64,000 nt of DNA from Azolla caroliniana (lineage: Eukaryota; Plantae; Polypodiophyta). A program made the translations under genes and the position numbers. Positions 12,150 to 26,853 of this stretch are shown piece after piece (positions within the stretch are counted from its first letter, which is position 1; the number at the start of each line of letters is the position of its first letter). Where the stretch lies: the NCBI GenBank assembly GCA_043228905.1, contig JBHGNT010000013.1, forward strand, positions 17,422,001 through 17,486,000, in the 5' to 3' direction. Under the pieces are notes generated by a model that searched no databases, had not been told where the DNA came from, and saw only the letters and a program-made list of their open reading frames with translations.

Positions 12150-13215
12150 GTTCCAGCAAAAGTGTTGGCAACATCTTTGAAAACTTGTTCCATATGTTTC
12201 CTTAGTAAATACAGGTTTATATGATTTATTGAACATCCTTGGATTGCACATTTTTTCGAAGATAATATGGTTATTAGATTGTGGAATCCCAACTTACAAT
12301 CAAATGAAGGGTGAATCCCTGCAGCCAAGTCTTTTTGTTTGGTATCATGTGCATGCTTCAAATTTGAGGTTGAAAGGCATTTTCATATCTTCTGTTGTTT
12401 TCAGTTTCTTTTCCAAGAGCAGCAAATGCACATCCCAATCTATGTATAATTAATCCAAGCTAATATGATGAAAATTGCAAAAAGAAAGCATAGGCTATGA
12501 TTATCATTGTGTATGGTAAGAATAAGCAATGTTAATATATAGGTTGATTTATGGTTCCAATTTAAAAGATTCATCGCTCTACCCAATTGTCTTGTCAATA
12601 AGAGAGATTGGCTCAAATTTTGATTTGCAAGAATTACTCTCAGTCCAATTAACCTTCCTTGGATGAGGTCAGCTTGCCTTTGATTCATTTGCATAGATAA
12701 ACATAGGAATCCTTATTGATTTCATGGCTCCAAACTTACAGAGGATCTCTAACAAAATTTATTAAGTGCAGAAAACCCTAGCCCCCCAATGCTGAAGGTG
12801 TTATGGAGTTGGTGCCTATGTATGATAAATAATTATGTTGGGGGGGACTCACAACATCTAAAATCTTTGAACCTTGGAAGGAAATGCTTTCTGTCACTTT
12901 TGTGTTTTGGCATGTAATGTCTTGTTTCCAATTTAAGTTTGAAGCTTAGATAACAAAATGACTCCCAATTCCCGATAGACTGAACAACAAATTTTGCTTA
13001 TTCTCTCATCAAACCCTCAACTACAACAGATCTTTCCTTTTGGATGATGGTTGCTGAATCATCTGTTGCCTAAATGCTCAAAAAATTTGTGGTACACGCG
13101 GATGATTGGAGAAGAATCCTTGAGAAAAATATGCCAATCCAGAGATGTTGTGGCATGGACTGGGATTATCTCCTCATACATGAATCTCGTATCATTGCTC
13201 AACTAGCTCTTACAA
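12150..13215 (+). pseudogene. Fragmentary PPR pseudogene remnants
   Basis: 13141-13185 reads RDVVAWTGIISSYMN, a typical PPR motif start. About 12295-12335 reads YNQMKGESLQPS. The rest is not reconstructable. Confidence 0.45.
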
Positions 13216-13476
13216 GGGTGTTTAGATGTGGGGGCAAGAGAGGAGGTTGAGCAGCAGCAGGGAGCCAAAGGAAAAACACAGGGGTATGTGAGTAATTTCT
13301 ACTACATGTGGAGTTATGTTTGAACCTTTGCACCTCTCTTATACAACCCATCTTCAATGACCATAAGGAAATCAGGGCTACTTCGGTCAAGTAAGTTACT
13401 TTCATTCCCTTCTTGTTTTTTGTTTAGGCATAGGTGTATTGCAGAAAAGATTTTCTATTAGCTTGAGTATGTTCTC

Positions 13477-14155
13477 ATGGAAATGCCCATCATCTTATGC
13501 TCTGGGATAGCATCTCGTTTGTCATCAAAATGCCCATCACATATGTTCCATGATTTCCATAGTGATTTCCATATCAATATACCCCCATCATCTTACATTT
13601 CATTCTTGAAATACCTGTCATTACACATATCATCATTTGAATGCCCCTCATATGCTCTCCATGGCTGCCATCTTGTTTCATCATCAACATGGCCATCATC
13701 CATGTGTTCTGGGATTGCGCCTGGTTTGCCACTGAAATGGCAATCCTCCATATGTGATAGGATTACTGTTTTGGTTGTCGCCAAAATGCCCGTCATGATA
13801 TGTTTGAGCATCGAAATGCCCATCATCATATGTTCTAGGATAGACATCTTGTTTCATTGTCGGAAATGACATCCATCATACGTTTCATCACAGAAATGCC
13901 CATCATCATATGTTCTAGGATAGACATCTTGTTTCATTGTTGGAAATGCCATCCATCATACGTTTCATCACGGAAATGCCCATCATCATATGTTCTAGGA
14001 TAGACATCTTGTTTCATTGCCGGAAATGCCATCCATCATACGTTTCATCACGGAAATGCCCATCATCATATGTTCTAGGATAGACATCTTGTTTCATTGT
14101 CGGAAATGCCATCCATCATACGTTTCATCACGGAAATGCCCATCATCATATGTTT
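13477..14155. repeat. Minisatellite: 80-bp unit (about 4.3 copies, 13812-14155) preceded by diverged copies of the same GAAATGCCCATCATC core
   Basis: Units start at 13861, 13941, 14021 and 14101 (.GGAAATG.CATCCATCATACGTTTCATCAC.GAAATGCCCATCATCATATGTTCTAGGATAGACATCTTGTTTCATTG.). Confidence 0.95.
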
Positions 14156-17100
14156 CACAATCTCATATTGTTTCTTGTCAAAAGCGCTTAGGATTTTATA
14201 TGCGTGCTTCGTGTTGTCATCTTGTTTGTCATTATAATCATATATAAGAAGAATTTTCACATTTGTATGTGTATGATGTGCTTCATGTGGGAAACTTGTC
14301 TCTTTGGACGTTCCATTGCACCTATGATGTATCTATCATGTCTTGCTTGCCATGGGAAAGCGTATTAGATGAAATGCAGATATGAAATAATTGGTCTGAT
14401 TCATGGTATTGTTGATATATGAACCTTGGTTGTTGATGTACTCAGAAACAATAAAAACCTCCATTCTTAATGTGTGATCTCATGGTTAGATTTTGGTGAC
14501 CAAATGAGTGGTCATGAACTAATTGGATACTTCTTGGTTGGAATAATGATATCATCAACTTTAACCTTAGGTCTTTGTAGTTAATTATAGGCTAGATATT
14601 GTCTGAGTAAATGAACTGCCAAGAGCTAACTGAATCCTTCTTTGTTCATGTCATCATGTTTTTGTCATTTTGATGATACTTGATTTATATGCCTAAAATA
14701 GGATAACTTTATTTGTTCATGTCATCATGTTTTTTTTTTCATCATATTGTTGTCATTGTGATCATGTTTGATTGCAGCAATATGCAAAATGCTCTTCACA
14801 GATTGATAAGGAGTGATGGAATAATCATTTGTGTGTGTTTGCCACATTAGCACTATGTACTCAGTGGAATGTCGTTAGCTGAGAAGGGCCACACTATACA
14901 TTACATGGTGAAGCAAAATATTTCGGAGCTTGAGGGTGTGGTAGTTAATATCAGCTCATTCAATGGGTTTCTTGAGGAGCATATAAAAGAAGACGAGGAG
15001 CTTCGAGATGTACTCAAATGAGACGAAGGTCTCCAGCTTGGAAGCATGTTCAATCTCACGAAGGAACTTTTGTTCCCATAGTTAAAATTTGATCTTTATG
15101 AATTTTTTTCTTTTAATCAAGGGTTTAAAAAATCTCCTTATCTTGTGGTTAAATGTAATTTATTTTTATATCTATGTTGTTGTGTAGCCATTGTTCAAGT
15201 CGATAGTTGGATTACTGATGGCCCCTCTCGACAAACCCAAGGGCATGGTGACCATTTATTGGATTGTGATGCATATCTTTAGTGGACTCAGGTAGAAAGA
15301 TAGGCACGCGCATGTACCATTGCCACAATTCCCTTGGATATAATGCCTAGCTTCAACGGTACACTCGTTAAATAGAATTTTGTACAAAACCCCCAATTCA
15401 CTTGGATAATGCCAAGCTTCAAGGATAATGCTTGTTTAGATGGAATTTCATGTAGCCCACCAACCAAAACCTATTTGTTAGGCAGAATTACACATGTAGG
15501 TTTGAGTGGTGGTAGCTTACATGTAGGCAGAATTACGGTTGTGGCAAATACCATTCGTTCAAGTCCTCCCAAGCTTGAAAGTCCTCTTATCTTTGGCTTA
15601 TAATCCAATCCATGGACTCGCACACTAGTGTGGAAGAAGCTTACAAGAATAGGAAGGAATGACTCCTCATTCTTAACAAATTGACAACTATTGATGCTAC
15701 AAACTCCACAAACCAAAGCCATAGGTAGGCCTTGCCTATAAATGAATCTTAACAAAAATGGGAAGAAACCTCCTCATTCTTGATAGGTTGATAGGTTGAT
15801 AGTTTCTGTAGGCACAAACTCCACTTCACTAAACCCATAGACCATGCATGCCTATTAATGAATCTAAGTATGAATAGACGTGGCCATGAAGCTTGTGACA
15901 TGAAGTAGGAACAAAGAGGCAACAATATTGGACTTTGGAAGGGCAAGGATTGTAACCTTAAGTCCATAGTCATGAACAAAGGAGCCCTAAGTAGTCAATT
16001 TCTATATAGTGTAACCTCCTGATGGGTAATACGAAAGGGGCCAAATGATAAACCCACACTGATATTAAATGTGGCCCAAGTGCTCAACCAGAGTGCCACA
16101 TCATGTTGTTAGCACTACAAATGGCAAATGGTATTTCATATGAGTGGCCGATTGGGGAAACATTAGCATTGAAATGGATTGTGGTATTTAATACATTGTA
16201 GGGATCCTTGGGCCAAACTAAGGTATGATTGAGCTCCTTTGTCTTGAAGGAGGACAAATAATCACATATTTGTGTTAGTCTTCAAGTTATTCCGTAAAAA
16301 AGATAGTGGAAATACTAAATATGTGGATACATGCCACAAACTTGTCGTTTGTGGGGTCAAGTAGGACATAAGCCTCTTTCCTAAACGAACAAATAATTTT
16401 ACGGATGACCGTAAAAATTTCATGGTACTAAATATCTTATGCCAATTGTGTCGAATTAAAAATTGTTTGATACTAGTGTGATTGATTATGGACAATTTAT
16501 TAAAATGCTTGATGTGATGTTTTCATAAATTTTCCTTGCAGCTTAAATGCAATCGATTAGGTGGTTATTACTTACTCAATTGATATGACTGATTGACAAT
16601 CAAATATACCCTTGAGTGGGGGGCATTCTAGATTATCCATTTGCTTTCTAATATGGGTAGAGACATACTTACATATAAGGTTGAGGGTTTCTAAATGGGT
16701 TGGCTCTTAGAATTTCCAATATTACAAACTCAATTTTGGCCCTTTGATTCATTAAAATACACAATATTTCAAGTGGGAACAAAGGTTAGGATTGTAAAAT
16801 AAATGGTATATTCCATGTTCACTACAATGAAGAGATTAGATTCTTCTAAATCACTCAAAAAATCTTATACACTAATGTGTTTGGTCGGCTAGAACAAATA
16901 AAAAGCACTAAATATGTATATCAATAACGAATCCAAGCACATGGAGACAATGAAAGAGATTATGTAGTGACCCTACATCTAGTTGCATTTGGACAATTGA
17001 TATTCAATTGAATAATGAGTTAACCTTGAAGAAAGTATACACATTGATTATATTTTATTTGAAGCTATATAGTCCTCAAAGATTCATCCAAATATCAAGA

Positions 17101-19637
17101 ATGAAGATAATGGATATCCATTTTTAGGTAAATCAATAGAGAAGTTATGGGATCAAATAGTTTGTTATTCAACTTTTGCTTTGTTAAGGGACATTGAAGA
17201 TTATTCGAAAGAAACAATGTTAAACATGTTAGACAAAGATTAATTTGGTCTAAAATTAGATAAGGATAAGCTATCGTGAAAGCTTTTAAAGAAAGTTGCG
17301 ATGTATTTTCAATCCGTGAAGGCAATAAATGAATGGACATTGTGGCCATCCACTTGGTATGCTATACAAGGAATCATTGAACAATATGACACCTCAGTAT
17401 AAAATGGGAGAACATGGTCATCCCATTAACCATGGGCATATGATACAACCAAATAATTTTTGCAACAACTACAAAATCACCAAGTTAAATCACAACTCCT
17501 TGCTACTAAAATCTTGTCCAATGTGAACCTACACTTAGGCTCTTTAAACAAAATAGAGTTGTTGTTTTTTTATTATTATCAAGGGAAGACCAAATTACAA
17601 CTTTTTATTTCAAATTTGTAACACATCTTGCCAATTCTTTACTATTTGAATTAGCCTAACATTGTTTATACAAACTTCCTCATAACAAATGAGACAATCA
17701 TGCAAGTTACGTTGCTCTTGTTTCTCTACTCTCATGAATCTAGCATCCTTGTCTTTTTTTGTCTATTGAGCTAGCACAAGCCAAAAGCAAAGTAATATGA
17801 TGATTTTTTATATTAGCATGATAACCATGACAAAATAATTGACAATTTGTATAACATTCTAGGTATCTTTTGGAACATGAAAAATTCTATCATATTTCAT
17901 CCCCTTTGTATGGGATAACATTACCCATTTCTCATGGTTAATAAGCCAAGAAAAGTCTCATTACCAAAATATACTTCAACCATATAGCACTTGATCAAAA
18001 ACAATACTCTAGCATTCTCTCTTATATGCTCCACGTGATTGCCCAAATACAAGGCTTGAAGATTCGTGCTATTAGCCATAAATTAACATAATAATGTTAA
18101 TCATGTAAACCATGTGCACTGGCAAATATATGCATCATTGTGGAAATTGATGCAATGTGTGAAAGAAATCAATTTGATGTGTTCGTGATTGATACAGTAA
18201 GTAACAAAAATAATATTCTAAAATCAATGCATTGGGACCTAACAATCCAACTTGTATCTTGATAATGTTATTTTTTGTTCAACTTCGTCATAGACACTAA
18301 CTATTTTGTATCATTCTATGCCTTTTTTACCCCTTTACTTAGAAGTTGCAAGCTTCAACTTTCATATTCAAATAAACAAGCATTTTATAGAATGTGATGA
18401 TTGCATCTTCGAAAAAAATGATTCGTTGGGCCCCAAGAATATCGTGCTCTCCCAATGGATGTTGATGAACAGGGTTATACACCACCACTATACATAATTC
18501 ATCGTAAAGGATAAGGCATTTTTTGGCAAGCTTCAAATGGAATAATATTGATGGATGATGATACACATCCACATGAACAGATGATGACGATACTATAGTA
18601 TTTGTATAACAATCCATATTTATCAGTAGACGATGAAGCATTCCATTTCTATTTTATTTGTTCACACTTCTATCTTGATCTCTCCATGAAAGTGACATTC
18701 TATGCCTTGTAGTTATGTATAAGATTGATGATGTTGAGTATCTTATTTTATGTTTTTATATTGCTCCATGACAATAGAGGAATGGGATAACTAATGTGCA
18801 CATGCAAGAGTCATTCATATACAAATATGTACAAACACAAAGACACTTTATAAATATGTAAATGTGTATATGGATATGTTCACCGGTGCATCTATCGAGT
18901 ATAGCAAATCCGATTCATATATAGAGGTTTTCATTTATTACACTAGTGTGTTCTTGAAAAGTTACTTATTTGAAACTTTATTAATCATAATGCCTATGAC
19001 TATTGATCGCGTCTCGTTCTATCTCAAAGATATCAATCATGTGACATTTTCTAAAAGCCGAATGCATGCTAAGTGAGTCTAGTTACATTCCTCATAAATG
19101 GATATGTAGGCCATCTTACATAAAACTATGTATTGCAAATAATATATTTGGACTACATAAAACAATGTTCTACACTGAGCCATCACAAGTTGCAAATAAT
19201 ATATTGGGAGAATTACTAAAATATGTTTATATGTATTGGAATTTCAAAAAGTATGTTTATATGTACATATACAAATCTATGAACATTGTTGCACTATAGG
19301 TTGTTGTGTACGTGTTTTCTACTTCTAGTGGAGTAGATTCACACTTGCACAATAGCAGAATGAGCAACCATCATTTGATTTGAAACAAACCGCATAAGAA
19401 TCACAATCTCTATAGAACGTTGATTTGAAATAGGAAAACATAACCTAAATAATTGATACACAACAATAATGCAAGAAAATAATCATATATAGACTATAAT
19501 TGAGATAACCTAACAAATAATGGTCATTTATTGTTTTTCCTTATAAGAGTGAATTTCATGCATTTCAAAGGATTTAACTGATTTTCTTTTAAAACCACAA
19601 AGTATAAAAATGGAACATTGTTCTTGAAAGAATGGTT

Positions 19638-19670
<33 letters not shown>

Positions 19671-20277
19671 TTCTACACCCCGTGTAGTGGTCAATCATAC
19701 TCCATTGTGGTACCATCGTAATGTTTCTCCCCCCCCCCCCAAAAAAAAAAAAGGAGAGAGAGAGAGAGACCCAATTGATGGAGCACAACCTATAAGGTAG
19801 TAGGTTAGGACAACATCTGTAAAATTTGAATGCACATAATCAATTCAAAGCCAAGAGTACACAAGACTTTGATTGTAGTAGCGAGATCTTAGTTCGTTTC
19901 TATGTTTGTCATTGCATACACATGAAAAACTTCAAAACATCCAGCTTAAGGAGAGGTTGCATATAATGTGGGCATGCCTATTTCAAAAGGTATTGAGCTT
20001 TGACCAAATCACATAAAAAAAGGCCTGTCCTTGTAACCATATTAAAAAATGGTCCCCATATCATCAAGAGATGGGTCCCCTATGAAATCGTGATAGAGTA
20101 TGCCCCCCTCCTATCCATGACACATCCCCAAGGTTGTTCCGTGCGAGAAATAGATGGGTAGGTAGGTAGATATAGTATTAACACCCATAGGACAAGAATA
20201 CGATCTATGGAACAAAGTTGAGGAGTGAACTTGGTCTCTCAATTGTAGCATCACATCTGATGCTACGATGTAACCAT

Positions 20278-20280
<3 letters not shown>

Positions 20281-20358
<78 letters not shown>
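20281..20358. repeat. (GA)n microsatellite
   Basis: Pure GA run. Confidence 0.98.
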
Positions 20359-20361
<3 letters not shown>

Positions 20362-23219
20362 GTGTAAGTTCATATTATGCTCCCTACATGAGAGGCTATA
20401 AACAATGAATCAATGGTAACAAGAGAAGTATGGCGAGTCAGTGTTTTGACACTCTTAAGCAACCTACACCTAGTTTCAATGCCACACCAAATTCCTTTTC
20501 ACAGACTTTTTACCCCATGGACCCCACCAACTTGACATAGCCAAATCAACTGTGGTTCAATTGACAATCCTCCATTATCATATGACTATAAAATTATACA
20601 AAGAGTTCCAAGTATCAACAATAGGTTTTGGGCCAAGGAGGGGGCATAAGGAACTTGCATATGAAGCTAGGGGTTTAGTCACTCTTTCGTGCATGAAAAT
20701 TATGAAATTATTTTTTGAGTTCATCATTGATCAAGTCCATTCCATATTCCCTTTTCTTTAATCTAAGATGTTGGAGTGATTAGAGATAAAGGCACTCAAG
20801 CTTCACATAGATACCTATTTATTTCTAAACTAGTAAGCAACGGTGGACCGTCCTTTCACTATTTTATAGAAATAAATAGTTTGTGGCTCAATGTTTGTTT
20901 CATGGGTTCTTGCCAAGTTTTAAATATCTCTGCCAACCTCATGAATGCACACAAAGATATCCTACATAATTTATCAACCAAAAACCGAAAACAAGAAATG
21001 GAACTTGAATGAGAGCTTGTGGTTACACCATGCACAACGCGTAGTGCAATACTTGATGAGTTGTGTATAATTCTACTAGGTTCTTTTCAATGGGCCCATA
21101 TACTTACGATTTCTTGTTTTCCTCTCTCTCTCTCTCTCTCTCTCCCCTTCACACGTGTGATGATGGTGCACCACAAACGCGATGAAAACTTGAAGCACAT
21201 ATCCGACCGGCATTTACTTTAGGAAATGATGCATTAGATATTATGTTGCATACTCAATCTCCCTAACGACAACAATATGAAAATGAAGTCGAATTAAACC
21301 TCTATATAGCAAGCATGTGCATATGATAAGTAACACATACTACTTCTCTTCTATGCCACTGGGTCATGTAGAGGGATAGATATCATACATGGGGAACTCT
21401 CTCTCTCTCTCTCTCTCATGCCATCAATTGTTGGAAGATTGTACTTGTGTTGATTTAAATATTTTTATAACCATTGGTATTAATGTGTATGCCCAAACCA
21501 TAGTTAAAACATTTCCTATGTACTCCACTAGAATGTAGTGATACCTATTATAATTGACTTTGCCAGTGTGCATCCCCTATATATACTTTAGAGAGACGGG
21601 TTAGTTTAAAAATCAAAATCTCATAGCACCGAATATTTTGCTACAATTTGGTCTCTTTCAAATTTTAATAACTTTATTTTCTTATTGAGATCAATATTTA
21701 AGAACATTGTGCCTCATTGACCAAATGGCAACTAAAATTTTCTAATTTCTCAGCTTGAAATATTCATAAGTGGAATAAAATCCAAGAGTACACAAAATTT
21801 CTACATATTCATATAAAATTGTGGCATTTCTTAACAATTTCCTACAAGGGAAATCGATCATTAACGAAGAGAGTTTTCCCATGCACTGATTTGGATAGAC
21901 TTAAAGGTCAACCTCATTGATTTGCATATGTGTATGCATTATGTACACGCCATATATTATCATTGTAACATGAAGTCACCAATTCCACATATGCAACACC
22001 AATAAATTATTTGAGAATACTATTTTGAAAGTAACTTTGATGTGTTGGTGATGTTGGATGAACTTGATACTTGGTTTCGAGAATTGGAAAATCTTTCATG
22101 TTTGGTGTAACTATCTTTTCATGGGCAAGTGTCAATAGGGATGGGATTATCTTTGTATCTAGAGGAAATGTTTGTAGTTGACTCTGTATCTCAAGACCTT
22201 ATTTTATGTATAGATGCCAAGGAGAAGTGCACCAAATTTATGGAAACATTTGAGGTGCATAATTTGTTGAACATACAATTCAGGTGCATAATTTGTTGAA
22301 TCATGCATTTGAGATGGATTCCTATGGTTTAATCGCTATATTTAAAATTTTGAATGTCCTTCTAACAAGAATCTTATTCTTAGTCATCTCTTAAAAAATC
22401 ATGGGCACATCAACATCTTCTAATGGGTGCGAAGTTCCATCAATACACTTAAGAATGAAATTAATCTATCATGTCTGACATTGTGAATTCCAAATGGTGA
22501 ATTAATTATTTACAGAACATAAACTTTGTTTGGTGTTATAATTTATAGGGCTATTACTTAATGTTGAGTCATTATAAAAAACTATGCAATGGAATAGATT
22601 GAAGAAGATGTGTTGTGTGCGTGCGCGCGCGCATAAGTGAGTGAGAGAGAGATATTTTTAACGTCCATAGAAGATGAATTGTGATCTATAAACGGACACA
22701 ATAGTTGATCACATCTTGGCAAGAAGCTCTATCATAATTTGTGTGGGCTCCCAACTAGTTGAGATTTATTTAATCCATTGCAAAGGAATTATTTGCTTTT
22801 CGTTTCAATTGTGATACTCGCAAGGAAAAGCTAGATCGAGATCTTAGTTTGATAATTTGTACTAACTTACAGTTGTAGAGGTGGGTATTGTGGTTGATGT
22901 TGAATCTCAAAGGTTAATAGAGTTAGAAGGGGCCAAAAGCTTATCATTTATCGCATCAAATTATGGATTTAATTGGCTAATATATATTATAATTATGATA
23001 TGTAGATGCAAATAATTGTGTGTGTGTGTGATAGAGATAGAGAGAGAGCTCCATTGGAGGATAGTACACATAGGCTCATTAAATGTCCTACAACGTGTAC
23101 CATTTGGAAGTATTTATGGGACATTTGACAAGTTTTAACCCGTTGTTATTTGATACCTCAACGCTGAGTTTTTTCTCAATATGTTCAAAATGGTTAAAAT
23201 GATAAGATGAAGATATTGT

Positions 23220-23256
<37 letters not shown>

Positions 23257-23257
<1 letters not shown>

Positions 23258-25115
23258 ACTTTTTAATGCCCACTCAAGATGATGGTGATCTTGGATTAAG
23301 TTCACTCTTCAATGTCCTTTGCTTAATGGAAAGTGATATCCTTGATGTGTGTATCATATATGTTTTTTGTCAACGTAATAGAAAATGGGCTTCAAAAGGT
23401 GCTACCTTGTTATATTATCCATACTATGTATTATGGAGTTGTTGCAGGAAGAAACATCATTCATAATATTTTCATGAATGTGCAAATTGCTCTGGATTAT
23501 GTTGAGGGACTGAAACAAGAAATTTTAATGATTCAACTAGATGTTGAGAAGGCTTACGATCATCCAACTTGGTCGTTTGTTTCGTAATTTATGTCTCATA
23601 TAATTTTCGGCACAAGGATGTTGAACCTCACTTTCATGTTGGCGCTAGGTATAGTGTCACATGTTGTGTTGATTGGTACGCAAACAAGGTTATAAGAGTA
23701 AGTATGTATAACAAGGGTGCTCATTGAGCCCATTATTGTTTGCCATTGCTATTCACCTAGTTCTTGTTGTGATCATAACTTGATAGACTCTATGGAATTT
23801 GCAGGGCTTGTTCTAGCATTAGGGAAACAATTGATAGCTCTTACATTGGGAGAGGATTTGTTCTTGTTCATAAAGGCTCTATGCAATTATATAACAAATT
23901 TATATGGAAGTGTAGAATGTGTTTGCATAGGCACCAAGGTCAAATATTAATTTGCCTAAGTTTTTCCATACCCCATGAAATGAGAGAAATAAATAAATTT
24001 TTTGGTTCATTTGATGACATGGGAAAATATCGGATCAAGGTGAGGCGAGAAATCTTACTCCATTTGTGTTGATATCTCATCCTTTGAAAGTTTGACTTAG
24101 ATATTAGGTGTAATCTTGGTAAAATTTGTATATTTAAAGTTCCAAGCTTGGTCATTTACTACTCCACTAAAAGTGTTACGAGCATTAATGATTCCAATGA
24201 TTTCTTTTGTTTACCATTGTTACTATTGACAAAGAAATCAGTTGATTATTTAGCTCATTCACTAAAATATAGGTATTAGAAGAAAGAGTTAAAATTGACA
24301 TGAGTTGGGTTTCAAGGATCCATATTTTGTTAATAGTAATTGATTGTTTATATGCCCATAATCTATTATGGTTCAACAATAAGTGAGCTCTTGGCAAAGG
24401 AGATTAAAATTGGCCAAGTGGCAACTTCCCGAGTGTAGAAAAGATACTAAGTCTCTGCCAATAGAGGTGCTTGCATCCTCAAAACAATTACATTGGGATG
24501 GAAAAGAAAATCATTAGCCTAAGGTCAATCCTATGACAAGGGTTGGCTTGGTAATTGTAGAGAATGTTGTTTTTAAAGTCATATAGGTAGATATGGCCTT
24601 TAGGATAGTGTGCATCATGTTTCATATACCTACTAGGTTTGACTATATTTGGCAATTAGTTGTTGCGATGCCTATCCACGTGTCTCCTATTTTGAATTGG
24701 TGTTAGAGGAACCCTAGAAAGATTGGTTATTTGATGGTAATAAATTGATACTAGTGGTGCACACCGATAATGTATATCATAAGTTGATTGAAGATAAATC
24801 TTGGCTAGTGATAAAGGTTTCATATACATAAGATATTACCCATTGTATACGATGGTAACACAGGCTTTTGGATGGAGGATGACATCTCGGTCTTCCATTC
24901 AATGTGAAAGTGTTTCTTTGCGGGAAATGGTGGGTGGGTTGCCTTCAATGGCTTAAAACATCCATACATTTCCAACGTGATATGTTTTTTCTATATAGTG
25001 ATCGAGGAGGATCTTGAGAATACCTTTCTTATATGCCCAATTGCTAAGGCAATTTGGCTTGTCATGTCTTGACTTTGGGAATCATTAACTAGGGATATTT
25101 TGTTACCCTTTCATT
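23257..25115 (+). mobile_element. Old decayed LINE (family B), RT to zf-RVT; 5' end abuts (AG)n at 23223-23256
   Basis: SFA*WKVISLM..NVIENGLQKVLP and MNVQIALDYVEGLKQEILMIQLDVEKAYDHPTWSF align with the 35.7 kb RT. A zf-RVT remnant (VKVFL..GGLP, ..LICPIAKAIW) lies at about 24900-25070. Confidence 0.85.
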
Positions 25116-25379
25116 AAGGGAACCAAAGCTTCACCCTCACCGTGATATATGGTTGATTTAAACGACAGAAAAGAAGGGAAGACATACCAAAGATAAGAAC
25201 TTGTAGTAACAACATGGGGAATATTACAATAATAAGAATTTCTTAATAAAATTCTAATGATCTATATAAAGTTATTGTAATACTTGACCATTGATTGGGA
25301 TGTTAAAGTTTTTGAGAATTTGTTTGAGCCATCAATGAGCCACACAAAATCACAAGCAACAAACATATGTCCAATCTTT

Positions 25380-26440
25380 GTGTTTAGTAGAGCCACAATT
25401 GGCCCCTTTTTGCCACCCTACTAGACTATATTGTTTTTGAAGGACAATCCAAAGCCTGATATTGATCATTGACTATCAAATTATCGGCCCAATTGGTAAC
25501 CATGTCGCCTTCGAGTCAAATTAGAACTCCCATTTGATATAAGTTGTTGCATTCTACTCTGCTACCCACATATCACACCACTCATTTAGAGCAATCTAAT
25601 GGTCATTGTATATTAATCATCAAAATGTTGATCTACTCTAGCCCAATTGGCATCCATGTACCTTTCAACCCAAATTACAAATCCCACTTCATACCACTTA
25701 CTCTATTTAAACTAGTTTTTGTGGAAGTTTGTGTATTACTTTCCAATATAATGTCAAATTATGAATAAAGGAGTTAGTTAACTTGCATCTTCAAGTTGTG
25801 ATCAAGTGAGGTCATGCGCAACGTGTAGCGCCATGCTAAATTTGAACCAATTCAAGATGTAGTAGCATTGTAGGAGCAAGGTTCCATGAAGGTGTGTGGA
25901 TAATCTTGATGCCAAGGGAGTAATGAAGATTATCTATAAATCCTTCATTTGCAACTTGGTGGCGAGCATGTACTTGACTTTCTTAACGACAATCAAATGT
26001 TTTGCTCCAATTACTAGGTCATCAATACTCAATATGATGAACATGGTTACATGAGATTTGTATTGCATGAAGAGGGAATTATCTAGCATAGGCATGTGAA
26101 AGCTAATGGTATAAAAATAGTACATGATCTTCCCTCCATGCTTTCTTGAGGCATACAACAAAATTTTGAGCCTAGATATTATACACGTGTGGGCATTCAA
26201 CTTGATTCAAATGGTTGTTGGATGTAGACATCCTACTCAAGCTCTACCTAGAAGAAGACATTCTTTATGCCCATTTGATGGAGGTACCATCCCTTCACCG
26301 TTGGGAGTGTTAGTGCATGGTCCACATAGTCTTCATCGTTGCCAATGGCACAAATGTCTCATCATAGTGGACATCAAGGGTTTCTGCATAAGCCTTGGTG
26401 ATGAGTTGGGGTTTATAACAATTGGCAAAGCCATCTAAGT
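25380..26440 (-). mobile_element. Decayed Ty1/copia RT/RNase H fragment
   Basis: ORF 25934-26200 (DNSLFM..MFIILSIDDLVIGAKHLIVVKKVKYMLATKLQMKDL) is the copia RT YVDD..F.MKDLG region. Confidence 0.75.
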
Positions 26441-26600
26441 TATATTTTACACTATAAAACCATTAAAAACCAATGAACTTCTTGTGTGGAGGTGATGTGA
26501 TAAGGGGTTTATAACAATTGGCAAAGCCATCCAAGTTATACTTTACACTATAAAACCATTAAAAACCAATGAACTTCTTGTGTGGAGGTGATGTGATAAG
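26408..26600. repeat. 96-bp tandem duplication
   Basis: GGGGTTTATAACAATTGGCAAAGCCATC...GGTGATGTGATAAG at 26408 and 26504. Confidence 0.93.
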
Positions 26601-26736
26601 TTCCTACATCTCGCTCTTATGGAAAGATTGCAAGGAAAAGAAGGCAAGAAGTAAAGTTTTATGAATTTAAGGCTTTCTGGTCACTCTAGTGTGGCCATTC
26701 ATAAAATATTTTGAAAAGCTATAAAAGCCACCTCTT

Positions 26737-26853
26737 ACTACCCTCCACTTTATCACTTTTGAGTTAGACCCTTAATATTTCCTTCTTTTTCATTCTACCC
26801 TCCACTTTATCACTTTTGCGTTAGACCCTTAATCTTTCCTTCTTTTTCATTCA
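26737..26853. repeat. About 57-bp tandem duplication
   Basis: CTACCCTCCACTTTATCACTTTTG.GTTAGACCCTTAAT.TTTCCTTCTTTTTCATT twice. Confidence 0.93.

Noticed and set aside
13812-14155. CRISPR-like array or repeat-protein ORFs
   Set aside because: Contiguous 80-bp units without unique spacers, eukaryotic context, and a unit length not divisible by 3.
15200-18700. Possible decayed DNA-transposon (hAT/CACTA/Helitron) coding region
   Set aside because: No diagnostic motif or termini could be read with confidence.
20246-20265. Hairpin TAGCATCA-CATC-TGATGCTA as a Helitron 3' end
   Set aside because: No CTRR terminus at the expected distance and no other Helitron evidence.
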